A stretch of 63,919 bases of DNA, filler included, from Globobulimina sp. (GCA_003354225.1; 35 parts of 35 records of this genome joined end to end with filler, not necessarily neighbours in it), one strand, 5' to 3'. Shown: positions 36,156 to 49,047, numbered from the whole stretch's first letter. Notes: a model not told the origin generated them from the letters alone. Translations and numbers: made by a program.

Positions 36156-36298
36156 TGGTTTGCCGCGTATTCTCTCAACCAATTCGCGACATACGAAGAA
36201 GCCTGTTCCCATGTCTCGCCTGTGTTGGACATCCGTCTTTCAACGGTTTTGTCGAGCATTTGCTTAAACTCGTTTGTGAGCTGAGTGGTTTCAGACAT
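36152..36298 (-). CDS. Small phage-like hypothetical protein (48 aa)
   Basis: MSETTQLTNEFKQMLDK...REYAANQ-stop; translationally coupled to the next ORF; higher GC than flanks. Confidence 0.55.
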   Translation of the reverse strand: MSETTQLTNEFKQMLDKTVERRMSNTGETWEQASSYVANWLREYAANQ

Positions 36299-36338
36299 AA
36301 GAAAAGGGCTTACAGCTTTATTTTAGCTGCAGGCCCTT
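36298..36338 (-). terminator. Rho-independent terminator-like hairpin after psbA
   Basis: AAGGGC-C-TGCAGC...GCTGTA-A-GCCCTT followed by TTCTT, about 20 nt after the psbA stop. Confidence 0.55.
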
Positions 36339-36356
36339 GAAAGTAAACTGGTTGTA

Positions 36357-36494
<138 letters not shown>

Positions 36495-36637
36495 NNNNNN
36501 NNNNNNNNNNNNNNNNNNNNNNNNNNNNNNNNNNNNNNTTAATTAATTAANNNNNNNNNNNNNNNNNNNNNNNNNNNNNNNNNNNNNNNNNNNNTCTGAA
36601 ACATAAAGTTTTTTCAGAATATTTAATTTTATATAGG

Positions 36638-37144
36638 TTGTTTTCATATCTTTTCTATGCATATTATTTGGATTTTTGTGTTAGCAAAAAAGATTGGTTA
36701 CATTTATTATTTGATCATTACATTGATAATTATTTACATGGATTGATTAAAATTCCTGAGGATAATAATAACAATATATTGGATTTAAAATTAGAATTTA
36801 TTAAATTATTCGAGAACGGTGAACCATGCGGCAGTGGCTCAACATTATGGAATGACTTTAAAGTATTCAATGACAAAGAATTGGGCCAATTAAAATTGCA
36901 ATCTCATGGAGGAAATGATAAACATGAATATGTAAAAAAATTAACAACAATGGTTCGGCATATTGGATACTGGTCAAATCACGCCGATCCATTCCGTATT
37001 ATTTTAAAATCCAATATATTTACACGTGGGCAATGGAAAGAGTTGTATCACTCAAAAGATTTTGATGAATTATTTCCAAAATATAAAAGAGCAAAACAAG
37101 CAATGTCTATGTATCTCGATTCAAAAATAATAAATGAAGTTTGA
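36638..37144 (+). CDS. Hypothetical protein 3' exon
   Basis: 168-aa ORF preceded by a TTATATAG acceptor-like site. Confidence 0.45.
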   Translation: MFSYLFYAYYLDFCVSKKDWLHLLFDHYIDNYLHGLIKIPEDNNNNILDLKLEFIKLFENGEPCGSGSTLWNDFKVFNDKELGQLKLQSHGGNDKHEYVKKLTTMVRHIGYWSNHADPFRIILKSNIFTRGQWKELYHSKDFDELFPKYKRAKQAMSMYLDSKIINEV

Positions 37145-37275
37145 TGACATTGCAATGGTTTGATATAAATTTGTGTCATTATTGATTAATTATAAAACGT
37201 GGTTTAATTATCATTCTGAATCAGATGTAGATACTGGACGCTTTCCGTTGTTGTTTCTCAGTCTGCGACTATCTG

Positions 37276-38247
37276 CTAATTAAATGATAACACTCGCTTC
37301 ATATGCGTTGGCCTTGGCACATTATATGCATTGTCATTTAAAGTATTACAAAACTCAAAGACAACATCATAAAATTCTATTTTTGGATGGGTTGCTTCCC
37401 TTTGTTTCATCAACAGCTTGATTCCATCATTTATACTCATTCCACATTTTATTAACCAGCACAATGCAATGGTCGCAGACCGAGATCTACCACCTCTGCA
37501 ATGAATTAATATCCTTTTATTATTCCCCATTTCTTTCTTGTTTATAAACTCCTCAATAAACTGCATAGCGCATAATATGTCTCTTAATTTTGGTGGCAAT
37601 GTGTCGACAGTCTTATAATTTACATATTTAATGCCATATTTCTTATATTGTTGCATTGGGCCTTTACTCTCCAGACACATATTTATGACCGCACCAATAT
37701 TGTATGGTTCATTAATAATAATACCCACATCGTAGTTATTCAATGGTATGCGTCCAACACAAATATCATTGTTAATGATGGATATCAAAGGTGAATGAAT
37801 GCCGTGTTCAATGTATGTGTCAATGGGTACTATTGTTTTATAAATCAAAGCTAACAATTTCATAGAAGATATTATGGGTAAACTCCAAAATAATTGAATA
37901 TAATATTTATAAAATATATCATTATGCGCTGCGAGAGCACTCAAACCAAATGATTGGCGTTCAAATACCAACGGCAGTGGCAAATATATACATAATACAC
38001 CATATTCAAATGGTATCCATTTGAGGAATACCAATGCAACTAAGGAATGATAAAAACAATGCCCAGCAGCAACAAATGATCTATCCACCAAAAAACCAGG
38101 GCGTAATTTGCGCAGTAAAGCTAACCATGCTGGTAACAAAGGGAGTAACTTTAACATGCGATATTTTCGCGCGTGTTTCCATTTATTGATTACATACGAT
38201 AACAAAAATCCAAATATTACATAAACACCGCCTTTCCAAACTGCCAT
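37276..38247 (-). CDS. Dual-specificity phosphatase, PTPMT1-like, with hydrophobic N-terminal extension
   Basis: TVDTLPP acid loop, IHCRGGRSRSAT P-loop, VGRIP and AVINM. Confidence 0.85.
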   Translation of the reverse strand: MAVWKGGVYVIFGFLLSYVINKWKHARKYRMLKLLPLLPAWLALLRKLRPGFLVDRSFVAAGHCFYHSLVALVFLKWIPFEYGVLCIYLPLPLVFERQSFGLSALAAHNDIFYKYYIQLFWSLPIISSMKLLALIYKTIVPIDTYIEHGIHSPLISIINNDICVGRIPLNNYDVGIIINEPYNIGAVINMCLESKGPMQQYKKYGIKYVNYKTVDTLPPKLRDILCAMQFIEEFINKKEMGNNKRILIHCRGGRSRSATIALCWLIKCGMSINDGIKLLMKQREATHPKIEFYDVVFEFCNTLNDNAYNVPRPTHMKRVLSFN

Positions 38248-38423
38248 GATGCTGAAAAAAACTCGAGTGGTGTGATAATGGTTTACAATATAGAATTTTC
38301 GCTTTGATAATTAAAGAAGTGAGNNNNNNNNNNNNNNNNNNNNNNNNNNNNNNNNNNNNNNNNNNNNTTAATTAATTAANNNNNNNNNNNNNNNNNNNNN
38401 NNNNNNNNNNNNNNNNNNNNNNN

Positions 38424-40152
38424 GCATATTTTACATGGAACGATTTATATCACGATTTCTCTTCATTTCATAACGGCACATCCGACACAATGTTATTATT
38501 CCTCCTCAGAGCATTACTTTTGTTCATATTAAGTTGCATTGCCATCACAAAAGGAGTACCACAGGAACTATGGAATGAAAGTGCTCCAAATCTGTGTTGT
38601 TGTTCATTGAGTCGATGTTGTCACAGAAAAAGAGCAGTTTCAACATCAAAAAAAGTGAAAAAAATAGCAAACAATGCAGCAGAGGAAGACGACGAAGAAT
38701 ACATAGAAATCGAAGGCATTGTGGACAAAAGTGCATTGCAGCCAAAATTTGACGATTGCGATGAAGAAGAATCATATTTGAAACGAAAAAAGAAATGTGT
38801 CATATACAAATACGGCACTTTGTTATTTATGTTTATTTTATGCACTTTATTCCAATGCTACATTGGCGTAAAATGCATCAGATTCCATTTTGATGACAAA
38901 ACCGAAATATTGGAAGCAGTGTTTTATGGAATATCGATATTGTGCATAAACATTGAAATATTTTTATTCAAAAAATTCGTAGAATCCGCCACCGATTTGG
39001 GCGACGCCATCATTATAAAGTCCATACACAGAGATCCTTTGCGTTTTATGCGAAAAGGTATGAATGACTGAAATATATTTTTACACTGAAATACTTTTGT
39101 TAATTTTTGTGGATAAGCAGTTAATTTCTGGTGCGATCTTTGTAGAGGGCGCACCAAATACGGTTCTTACCGATGCGATCAATGCAATTTCGATCTTTGC
39201 AGAGTCTGTTTCAAAAAAGAAAAGAAGAAATTATTGCAAAAGCAGCAAAAGAAGCAAGCTCTGCAAAAACAAGCATCAATGCAACATGGCGGGAAGTTGG
39301 CGGACAATATCAATATTAACGCAGCCATACAATCCTATCAATATTCCAATGCTAAATACCAACCGGAAAACGACCCAACATCGCAAATACAAAAAGAAAT
39401 GACAACATCGCAATATATGATAAGGTTTGTTACTGTTACTCATTTACTACACAATTTCGCCAATACAACACACAACAAATTAAACAGAGCATTGAAGCTA
39501 ATGACGCCGCATTGTGCCTTGGTGTCAGTGGCTATGCTGTGCTTAGTCATAACCTGCGGAGCTACCATTTTGTTGCCACGGTCGCAAGGCAGCATATTGG
39601 ATAAAATCAATACCGGCGACAGAGCGGCCTTCATCTACCAAATTAAATATTATCTGATCTTAAGTGTCATCATCGGCCTATTTGGTTCGATTAGAAACCT
39701 CTGTTTTTCCTTCATCAGCAGAAGGTTGACAGTGTCAATTCGCTCCTCCATGTTCCGCAATATTATGATCCAAGATATTGAATTCTTCGATGATATGTCA
39801 ACCGGCGAACTGATCTCGCGAATGACCAACGACGTGAATGGAATGCTGACGCCGTTGCGGGTGATGTTAGCCAGCACTTTGTCGAACGTGTTGTTGTTGT
39901 TTGGCGGCATCATAATGATATTTCTCACTTCGTGGAGGTTATCCATGTTGGCGTTCACTACCATGGCACCTATCGTGTTCCTAATGGGCGAGTATGCGAA
40001 ATGGAGCAAAGGGATCAATATCAGTATATGGGCTGCCTTTGCCTCGTCGACCTCCATTGCACAGCAAGCATTCAGTAATATTCGTACTGTGCGCGCCTTT
40101 GGTTCGGAGAGGAAGGAAACGCGAAATTATGACAATGCGTTGCAGGAGATAT
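38424..40152 (+). CDS. ABCB half-transporter (TAP/ABCB9/10-like) with extra N-terminal TMs and a zinc finger; introns 39058-39120 and 39425-39487; partial at both ends
   Basis: QDIEFFDDMSTGELISRMTND, SWRLSM, FSNIRTVRAFGSE; introns restore a continuous frame. Confidence 0.88.
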
Positions 40153-40252
40153 NNNNNNNNNNNNNNNNNNNNNNNNNNNNNNNNNNNNNNNNNNNNTTAA
40201 TTAATTAANNNNNNNNNNNNNNNNNNNNNNNNNNNNNNNNNNNNNNNNNNNN

Positions 40253-40838
40253 ACGGAAAAAGCCGATAAGAAACGCGATTGATATATTGATGATAGTTTA
40301 TGCCAAAATGCTTTTTTAACATTTTTTCTTCTTTGTCTAGCATTGAAGGTAAAGATATTAATCTCCCCAATCGTAACAATGCAAGAAGATAACTTGGAAT
40401 ATTCGCAATAAACATAGTTGTTCCTATTGCATGAATATAAGATGATGAATACAAAGGATGACGAACAATGGAATAAGGACCATCAACAATCAATTTATGT
40501 TTCGAATCCAACTTTAATTTACTCCGAAAAAAATGTATTTGTCCCTTCATAAATGATTTGGTATATTGTTTCGTCAAAAAACCAAACATTGATACAACAA
40601 ATCCAATAGTTTCAATAACACTCAATACATCTCCTCCATTGTTAATATATTTGTTGTAATTGTCGTTGAAGAACATATAATATGAAGCACTAAATAAAAC
40701 AATTTTGATCATCATCCATGATTTAGGTTTATGAGATTTTGTTTTACCACTCTCTGATAACATGTGATTAGGTATAATGTCAAAAACATTGCAACCGCAC
40801 GATATTAATCCCAATATAAAACGAATAAACGAGAGCAT
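40253..40838 (-). CDS. ICMT/PEMT-family methyltransferase-like protein, 3' truncated
   Basis: HKLIVDGPYSIVRHPLY, EEKMLKKHFG..Y..Y, RLFP. Confidence 0.82.
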
Positions 40839-40885
40839 GCAGTCTAGTCACTGTAGGATGCAAAAAAACGTAGGCAAAAGTATTG

Positions 40886-41980
40886 TTATTCATTGCTATT
40901 ATTATTATATTTTTTATATGCTTTAAATCCAATATATGCAGCAGTACCAAACAAACCAGTTATGCATGTAACGAATGCAATCATTCTTTTCGTAGTGTAG
41001 GGATTCCATGTGGATGGCTCGTTTTTTCTATCATACACACATTTATCTTTTGCAATGGTTCGAGCTACTTCCCAGCCCCAATAACCATTTGCAAATCCAC
41101 TCAAAACAGAATAATCACCGAGTAAACCAACAAAAAATAATGATTTATCAACTGTTGATTGATTATAACCATTTGTTTTTGGTACAATACCCCAATTCTT
41201 ATAAATACTGCTTTGTTCAAACAGCATATCGTACAATTTCTTATTGAATAAACTTTTCAATCCATGTGAATATCCGGTACATAATATAACAGAATCATAT
41301 CCATTTAATATTTTATTATTTCCTATTACAATAAGATTGGGTTCATTAAATCCAACAACTAAATCATAAATGCAACTGATTCTTCCACACATTATCAAAT
41401 CAACACAGCTGTCCTTTCCATCCCAATCCAATACTTGTAAATTGCCACTCACATTGCATTCAAATACCGTCTCTGTAGGTTTAGGAATGCCATATTCACT
41501 CAGATCAATCGATAAATTATCCAATTCTCTCAAACCATAAGCTATTAAATCAAAATATGTGCTCCATTTTGGATGTTTGGGAGTAAATGTAAACACATTG
41601 GACATTATAATGTCGATTATACCCAATTTCTTGGCAAAAGCAAATAGTTTGAAAAGGGTTCTATTCAAATCCGATAAGCGGACAACATGTCTGCCAATGG
41701 GTGATATCAGTGTTACTTTATTAGCTGCGTAGGACACCAAATCCACTGCGATTTCAAAGGCACTGTCACCATTTCCAACTATCAATACATTCTCATTTGC
41801 ATATTGTTCACCATTTTTATATTGTATTGAATGGATTATGCCATTGTTACTGGTGAAATTATGCATTGTTTCTTGTAATGAATGCGGTATATTTGGTTCA
41901 CATAAACTCGATGTAGCAATACATAAATATGTACAATAATAATCTTCTCCATCTTTTGTGTGTATTATCCATTCATTCTT
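40886..41980 (-). CDS. Flavin-containing monooxygenase, 5' truncated
   Basis: IIHSIQYKN FMO motif, VLIVGNGDSAFEIA NADPH motif, ILCTGY, LFFVG. Confidence 0.85.
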   Translation of the reverse strand, partial: KNEWIIHTKDGEDYYCTYLCIATSSLCEPNIPHSLQETMHNFTSNNGIIHSIQYKNGEQYANENVLIVGNGDSAFEIAVDLVSYAANKVTLISPIGRHVVRLSDLNRTLFKLFAFAKKLGIIDIIMSNVFTFTPKHPKWSTYFDLIAYGLRELDNLSIDLSEYGIPKPTETVFECNVSGNLQVLDWDGKDSCVDLIMCGRISCIYDLVVGFNEPNLIVIGNNKILNGYDSVILCTGYSHGLKSLFNKKLYDMLFEQSSIYKNWGIVPKTNGYNQSTVDKSLFFVGLLGDYSVLSGFANGYWGWEVARTIAKDKCVYDRKNEPSTWNPYTTKRMIAFVTCITGLFGTAAYIGFKAYKKYNNNSNE

Positions 41981-42573
41981 CNNNNNNNNNNNNNNNNNNN
42001 NNNNNNNNNNNNNNNNNNNNNNNNNTTAATTAATTAANNNNNNNNNNNNNNNNNNNNNNNNNNNNNNNNNNNNNNNNNNNNCATTTAATGTCGGGCATTT
42101 AATGTTACCATGCAGACAGTTTTGCGGAAAAGTTTTTAGACTGCCGCAAATCTGTTTCACAACTACAAAAGCTCCACACTTATGTTCCGCAAAAAAGGTG
42201 TCAATTTAAATTCTCCGCATTAAATAATGTGTTACCAATAATTCTCCGCATCTAAATAGGAAGGAAAATAGGTTATAAATGTTAAAAGATAACATTTTAT
42301 TAAGAATGTTAAAAAAGTTTTTTTGTTGCATGATGAAATATGAAATGTTAATTATACGATATATTAGTTTATTATGCTTGTAGGCATGTTTTTTTTTTAA
42401 ATCTACACGATTAAATAAAGTTTTCGTTTTTAACATTATATGAAAAACCTTAAAATGTTCATTGCGACTCTTTTAACATTATATTTTTAACCTATTTTCC
42501 TTCCTAAAAGTTTTTTTTCTGTACTTTGGCTAGTTATTATGGATGATGTTTTATTCAAGAAATTCGGACATCT

Positions 42574-42640
42574 CGCGGGGGTTCAGGAGCTGCATAGCTT
42601 CCCTCGATATATATATATATATATATATACTAGTATATAT
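42574..42640 (+). mobile_element. Possible Helitron-like 3' end (GC hairpin, TA run, CTAG)
   Basis: CGCGGGGGTTCAGGAGCTGCATAGCTTCCCTCG then (TA)n and CTAGT at 42630, in an otherwise AT-rich non-coding contig. Confidence 0.35.
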
Positions 42641-44113
42641 ATAACAGACTGCTAATTCTTGAGCTAGGCGACAGTTTTAATGTCAATATCATCCATAAAT
42701 CGTATTTTGATGCGTTGAATCGAAAATTGTGAGTTGCCGTGGTTTCGCCTTTATTGTCCATTGAGTTTCTATATGCCGCTGAAATTTCTATCAATTACAA
42801 ACATTAATGACATCGAATTTGCTTAAAATTAGCAAACAGACTAATATAAATAGCACATCAGTAACAACATATACTAAGAGCGTTCCTGCTCAATCAATAG
42901 TCAATACAAACTGAACAAGGTTTTCAGCTTGGTTACATATTCTTGTTATTTAGTATTCTTGGGTCCTAGGTCCCAATTTATATTAATAGAACCTTTACAT
43001 AAATCCGTCGTTTCGTGGCCTTTTGTGTATACCATAATTTTAAATAACATACAAAATTCCGATGGAAATATCCAAATTGAGGCCATTAAAACAAAAATAA
43101 AAATAAAATAAAAAAAGTATGAATATGCACAGGATAGTTAGATAATAATAGGATAGTATATATAGCAACGTTTTTTTGTTTTTATTTTTTTTTTTTGTTT
43201 TAAGAGCCTCAATTAACTAAGAATTCTGATGATTTTGTGGTGATTATGCGAAACATTCGTCGGGATTTTGCGATTTGGGGCAATGGAAAGTTTAGATACG
43301 CAACTATTATATCCCATAAATTAATCATTGGTATAAGAAAGCACTACTTATATGTTTTTAATTATATGATAACGTCCAAATAATAAGTTAAAAGTACAGG
43401 TCATATTTTGTATGTTTTTGAAGTTATAGTATACACAAAAGGGTTCAATATCAGTCAGAACAACCCCCTTAGTGAGCTAGTCATCAACAGAACAGAACAA
43501 TATAATTATATTATGCATTGGTTTTGGAGTTAATATTCTTGCTGTGTTGCTTTTGGATAGTGGTGATTTTGTATGTTGGTATTATTATTACCTAAATATT
43601 TATATTTTTATTTAGTTAACACGTTGATTATGCATTGATATATTTGCACCTCTCAATGTTTTTGGTTTTGATATCATTAAAATCAATGCACCCAAAGATG
43701 GTGGATATTCTGTTAAAAGATAAAATATTGCTTCCCAGGCCAATGAGGGCGGGAAGTAAAAGGGATACAGCCGAATCGGGGGCAAGGCCAATCCCGCCAA
43801 AGGCAACGATNNNNNNNNNNNNNNNNNNNNNNNNNNNNNNNNNNNNNNNNNNNNTTAATTAATTAANNNNNNNNNNNNNNNNNNNNNNNNNNNNNNNNNN
43901 NNNNNNNNNNAGGACTGCGCACAACCAACGCCTGCCACAGATAGACCACTGTTATTATCCGATGAAAGGTAATTCTGTTTAGAGTTTTTTAACAATCTCG
44001 TAGAATCCAATGGAGCTTGGTTGGATTGCTGTTTTTTAGAAGACATTAATTACGGTGACATGATACAAATTTTTTTTTTATGTTACTAGTATCACATTTT
44101 TAGGAATCAACAT

Positions 44114-45639
44114 ATGTTCTCTCATAAGCGGTCGCGTAAAGTCAATTCTCAAACATATTCGACTGACTACAATAGAAAGAACAAAAACCATTCACGACCT
44201 AAACAAATACAAAGACAATCAAGCAAAATTAATAAAATTATAAAAAGTATATTTGAGAGCTCAGATGAATACAGCAGCGATAATGCACCAATTCGGCCAA
44301 TTACAAGCAGACGCAATAAACCTAAATATCAAAATAAACAAAAATCTCCGTTAAACAGAATACCAAAAAAAACATCCACAAACCATACAAACCGTATGTT
44401 ACCACAAAAACGACGCAATAATCACAATCCATCGTCATCGCAATCCGTACAACCACGAAAGAAACGTAAAATGTTAGGTTTCCTATACAAATTTGTACCG
44501 CACCACTCTTACTATCAAATGTAAACAGAAACCAAAATTACAACGCAAAAGGGACTGATCATTCTCCTTTGAAACGACCTTATCACAATAATAAAACATC
44601 CGGATCCAAAATGCAAAATAAAATTGTCACTGAACCAAAAAACAAAAGCATCAAAAACCGCAGCAAACCTCAACAAAAACTATCAGTTCCAACAACGAAA
44701 ACAATTAAACCAAAAAAGTTACGTTCCCACACTGTTCTGATTCAGTCTGAGCTTCGCCAAAAAAACAACAGTGGAGCACCGCCACCGATCGTTATTGATT
44801 TATTGTCGGATTCCGATGATAATGATGTCCAACCACCGAGTAACTACAATAACAATATGTATAATATACAATGCATATGTTCTGCTCACAAGAAATCTGA
44901 CAACGCTGCCTCAATTGCAATGATCCCACAACATATCGTTGAACATGAATTAGTGGCACACTTTCAACAAAAATATAACATTACAGTTCTCCAATGCGAC
45001 CCGTTCGAAACTGACCGAATTAATGTTCCGTTTAAGAAATGTTCGAGGTTGGAAGTGTTGAGCATGCAAGAAAGAGATTGTGTGCTTCAATCGAGCAAAC
45101 GAAGCGAATTGAACATGGCCATCACGCCGAAAAACACAGAATGGCCTCCAGCGCCGCCAAAAATATGTCCAGTGTATGATGTACATCACAAAAATGCTCA
45201 GAATGAATGTCTGGATATCAATAGGAGTGATGGTGAAATGTCGTTGGAAATGGAACTTTCAGCGATGCGTTGGGTGAATAAGTTTGCTGTGTTCGGCTGT
45301 GATGATGTGATGCCTTTGATTTCTGCGATGGAAATGATTGATGTTAAATGTTTGCAGTTGGATGGAATTCATATTGATACTGAGACAGAGCTGCAGCATA
45401 TTGACGAGTTCGAGGGAAAAGAGGTGAATATTAAGCAAGTGTCACCATTTTCGATGGGCAGTGGGAATAATTTGCAATTTGAGGAATGTTGGAGCTTTTA
45501 TTTGTGTGTTGAAGAAGCTGCGGATACACACTCTGCGAGAACTGGTGATATTGTACCAATGATACAAGTGATTGTGGATAAAACGAGGCTAAAATTGCAT
45601 GAAAAGTGTGATAAAATGATATGGTATCAACGTAAAAAT
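44114..45639 (+). CDS. Hypothetical protein, basic N-terminus with SIM-like VIDLLSDSDD; probable intron 44473-44528; 3' truncated
   Basis: Two ORFs joined in frame by a GTTAGG...AAACAG intron. Confidence 0.55.
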
Positions 45640-45739
45640 NNNNNNNNNNNNNNNNNNNNNNNNNNNNNNNNNNNNNNNNNNNNTTAATTAATTAANNNNN
45701 NNNNNNNNNNNNNNNNNNNNNNNNNNNNNNNNNNNNNNN

Positions 45740-47466
45740 ATTTTTTTTGAATCTTTTGCATGAATTAATTGTGAAAATCTTCTTCTGTCATAATATGATT
45801 CTCGTTTTCTTCTTCGTTTGGGTGCATCAGGCTTTTCTGTGCCTACTTTTATTGGTGATATTGATGGAGAGACAGTTGATTGAAATGATAAATGTGGCGG
45901 TGCTTTGTTACCAACAACAATCTTTTTTTTATCTTTATCTTCTTTTTGCTTTTTTTCACGTTGCTTTTCTCGTTTCTTGTTCTTACGCCGTTGCTTATCT
46001 TTATAATGACGTTGCAGTGAAGCATAATATTGTAATTGCTGTGCATTTGGCTGTGGTACATTTCTTAATGATTTTTTTTGCGATTCGTAATAGGCCCTTA
46101 AATCACCAGAGGTACATTTTGTATCTTCATCTAATTGTTTTTCATCAATAATATTTAACTGTTTTCGAATTGTTGTAATCTCTCGCATTAAATCCAACGC
46201 ATTGCAATACATAGAAGCATCCACAAATGTAATCAAAAACATTCGAAACCAAATCCAAATGTTTGATAATTTGACACCAATCTTAAATTTTAATGCTTCG
46301 AATTTTGAACATTTAGGCAATATAACAACGCAGGCGACTGCATCAGATGGAATATTTGCTTTTGTATCAAAATCACGCGCTGACATTGGCATTTGTAACA
46401 TTATTGCAACTGTCTCTGTATATTGTTTAATATAACGTTTATGCACTTCGTCACCATCGTCATTAAAACCAGTTTCATGTATTTCTTCCTGACGTATTAT
46501 AAACTCCGCAGTAAAGGGCTCATCATCTATATGTTTATATAAATGTCTTAAATGCCGATGCCAGGCTAATTCATTTCCACCATCAAAGAATTCCATTATT
46601 TTACAATGCCTCTCCTTTGGTGATAATGTATTGATTACATAAAAATCTTTATCAATTAGCATACATAAACCTTCTTCATATGGCACAAATAATATTTCCT
46701 CTTTTTCCTCTTCTTCCTCTTCTTCATCTACTTTCACCTCAACTTTCTCCTCAACATCTTGTTCGTGTTTTTGTTCTGGTTGTAAGTGTAACACTGCTTG
46801 TTCTTCGTCAGATGATTCTAAATCAATATCATGTTTATTGTATGAAGCCACCGCATTCAAATTTGGATCTCTTTTACTAAATTGACCAGCAATATTCCTT
46901 TTATATAATTCTTCTTCTTGTTGTGCTTTATTTGCTAACTCACCTTCCAATCTTGGGAAATATGTCAATTCTTCATCACTAAAAGCTAATGATTCATGTA
47001 ATTGTTTATCGGCAAATAATTCTTCCAATTGAATTTGTACGATTTGTTTTTCATTTTGAAAAAAATCAATCTGCGACAAACGTTTAAATTTCATCATTAA
47101 CGAACTATGAAAACATCGATATTTACTGAATAAAATCCATTCTTTATAGGTGGCAATCACACTGTTTTCATATGCTTTACTGATTAATATTTTAATTTGC
47201 AAATCAATAATAATTAATAAGACAATATTATGGATAATGGATGAATTTTCAAATATATTCGTACACGGTTCGTCATAGCAATAATCATCTCCATTGCTAT
47301 AGATTTTATATACGCCCAGCACATTTTGCCAGGGCAGAAATGGTACATCGAGGTTTTCAGCCGGTATTGCTGGTAATTGATACAATGTAAATAATATCAA
47401 TACGCCATAATTATATACTTGTACATAATGCCACCAATATAATAATTGTTGTTTATTTGCCGAGTC
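45740..47466 (-). CDS. Piezo-like mechanosensitive channel fragment (last TM unit plus cytoplasmic region)
   Basis: VYNYGVLIILFTLYQLP...LGVYK...IVLLIIIDLQIKILISKAY resembles the Piezo TM unit preceding the beam; long charged region follows. Confidence 0.5.
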
Positions 47467-47607
47467 ACNNNNNNNNNNNNNNNNNNNNNNNNNNNNNNNN
47501 NNNNNNNNNNNNTTAATTAATTAANNNNNNNNNNNNNNNNNNNNNNNNNNNNNNNNNNNNNNNNNNNNTAAATTTAATATTCATAATTCAGCAAAAACAA
47601 ATATTCA

Positions 47608-49047
47608 TTACATTTCAGTATCTTCTTTATTTTCTTCAATTTGTGTGTTTTGTATATTAAAACCATGATCACCACAATGAAAGTGAGGCGAAAATGATTT
47701 TAATGCAATTAACATTGGAGATTTTGAATAAACATTCCTATTCTTTGTCTTTTCCCAAAATTTGGCTCTTTCTTGACATTTCATGATCGAATTCAACACT
47801 AAATCAGTATCCTTTTGATCGTTTATATTATGAATAACCGGATACCATTTGTTTTGCTGTTCAATCCAATCAATACACAATTCACAAAGTGCTGATTGAA
47901 ACATCGGAGGTGACACATCCAAAATATATGACATTGACTTTGAAGAAATAAATTGATTCCACGATTTCAAAAATATCAATATCTTATTCCATGGGATAAT
48001 ATTTATATTTTTGTTTACAAAAAATTTCAATATAAACGTATTTAGCATATTTTTTATTTTACTGCTTACGAATTGAAATTCTTTCGGATTTGTAATCGAA
48101 TCTTTATTATGTTCTTTGTTAAATATTTCAATAACATTTGAATGTAAGTTCCAAATTTCGAATTGCTCCAAACACGACATCCAAAAATTTATTTGACGAT
48201 CCAACCAATCGTAACCTTTAAGTGGAAGGTACAATTTTATTGACGATAACATTGAATTTAAAATATCTTTTAAAAATGCACAATTTATATCTGCTCGATT
48301 GCGGACACTATTTTCATTAAATTCCTTTTCAGCAATCTTTTTGGCCCAATCTTTATTATATTTTATAGCCATAATTAATATTTCTTTCATTTTACAAATT
48401 GATAATAAATTGCACGTTGGGTCTTTACTGCGACATAAATCCAACAGTTCATAACGATGCAATCTCTCCGCTATTTTGTAGATAATATCTACATTATAAC
48501 TCGTTAACCGTTTGCTCAAATACTTGATACATTTATCAATGCCATAAATATAATTCCACTCACAAAAGATTATCAAAATTTGTAACGTTTCCGAAACGTT
48601 TTCTAAAATATCACCATTGTTATCATCAAAATATAATATTTTTAAGCATTTTTCAACTATTTCCCCGATAAGATTCGTTTTATACGTTATCTTATCCAAT
48701 TTGTCTCCACTCCATCTCACGCTCAATTTGGATCGGAAATATTCACATAAACTCAATGCACTTCGATGTAGATAATATTTTTTAACGCTCACAGTTTGTT
48801 CTTCTTCATTTCCATTAATATTGCTGACAATGTCATGATTTTTTATCGCAAAGTCATCCGATTCAGAATGAATTGCATCATCGGGAATTGCTTTGGCGAT
48901 GTCCATATCAGCGGCGCTGGTACGTTGTAACTTATTTCCAATCATAAGTTGTGAATCCGATTCTTTATATTCATCTTTCTCTTCTTCGAATTGGTGCTCC
49001 TCAGCTTCTGACACAATTTTTCTTGAATGAACTTCTAAAATGATATC
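47608..49047 (-). CDS. BTB/POZ-domain protein (last exon; upstream exon unresolved)
   Basis: DIILEV...YYLHRSALSLCEYFRSKL..RWS, LKILYF, CIKYL; TATAG acceptor immediately upstream. Confidence 0.72.
   Translation of the reverse strand, partial: DIILEVHSRKIVSEAEEHQFEEEKDEYKESDSQLMIGNKLQRTSAADMDIAKAIPDDAIHSESDDFAIKNHDIVSNINGNEEEQTVSVKKYYLHRSALSLCEYFRSKLSVRWSGDKLDKITYKTNLIGEIVEKCLKILYFDDNNGDILENVSETLQILIIFCEWNYIYGIDKCIKYLSKRLTSYNVDIIYKIAERLHRYELLDLCRSKDPTCNLLSICKMKEILIMAIKYNKDWAKKIAEKEFNENSVRNRADINCAFLKDILNSMLSSIKLYLPLKGYDWLDRQINFWMSCLEQFEIWNLHSNVIEIFNKEHNKDSITNPKEFQFVSSKIKNMLNTFILKFFVNKNINIIPWNKILIFLKSWNQFISSKSMSYILDVSPPMFQSALCELCIDWIEQQNKWYPVIHNINDQKDTDLVLNSIMKCQERAKFWEKTKNRNVYSKSPMLIALKSFSPHFHCGDHGFNIQNTQIEENKEDTEM

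Noticed and set aside
35736-36340. Plus-strand ORFs 35736-36284 and 36155-36340
   Set aside because: Antisense to the recognisable minus-strand SAM and phage-like genes; no motifs.
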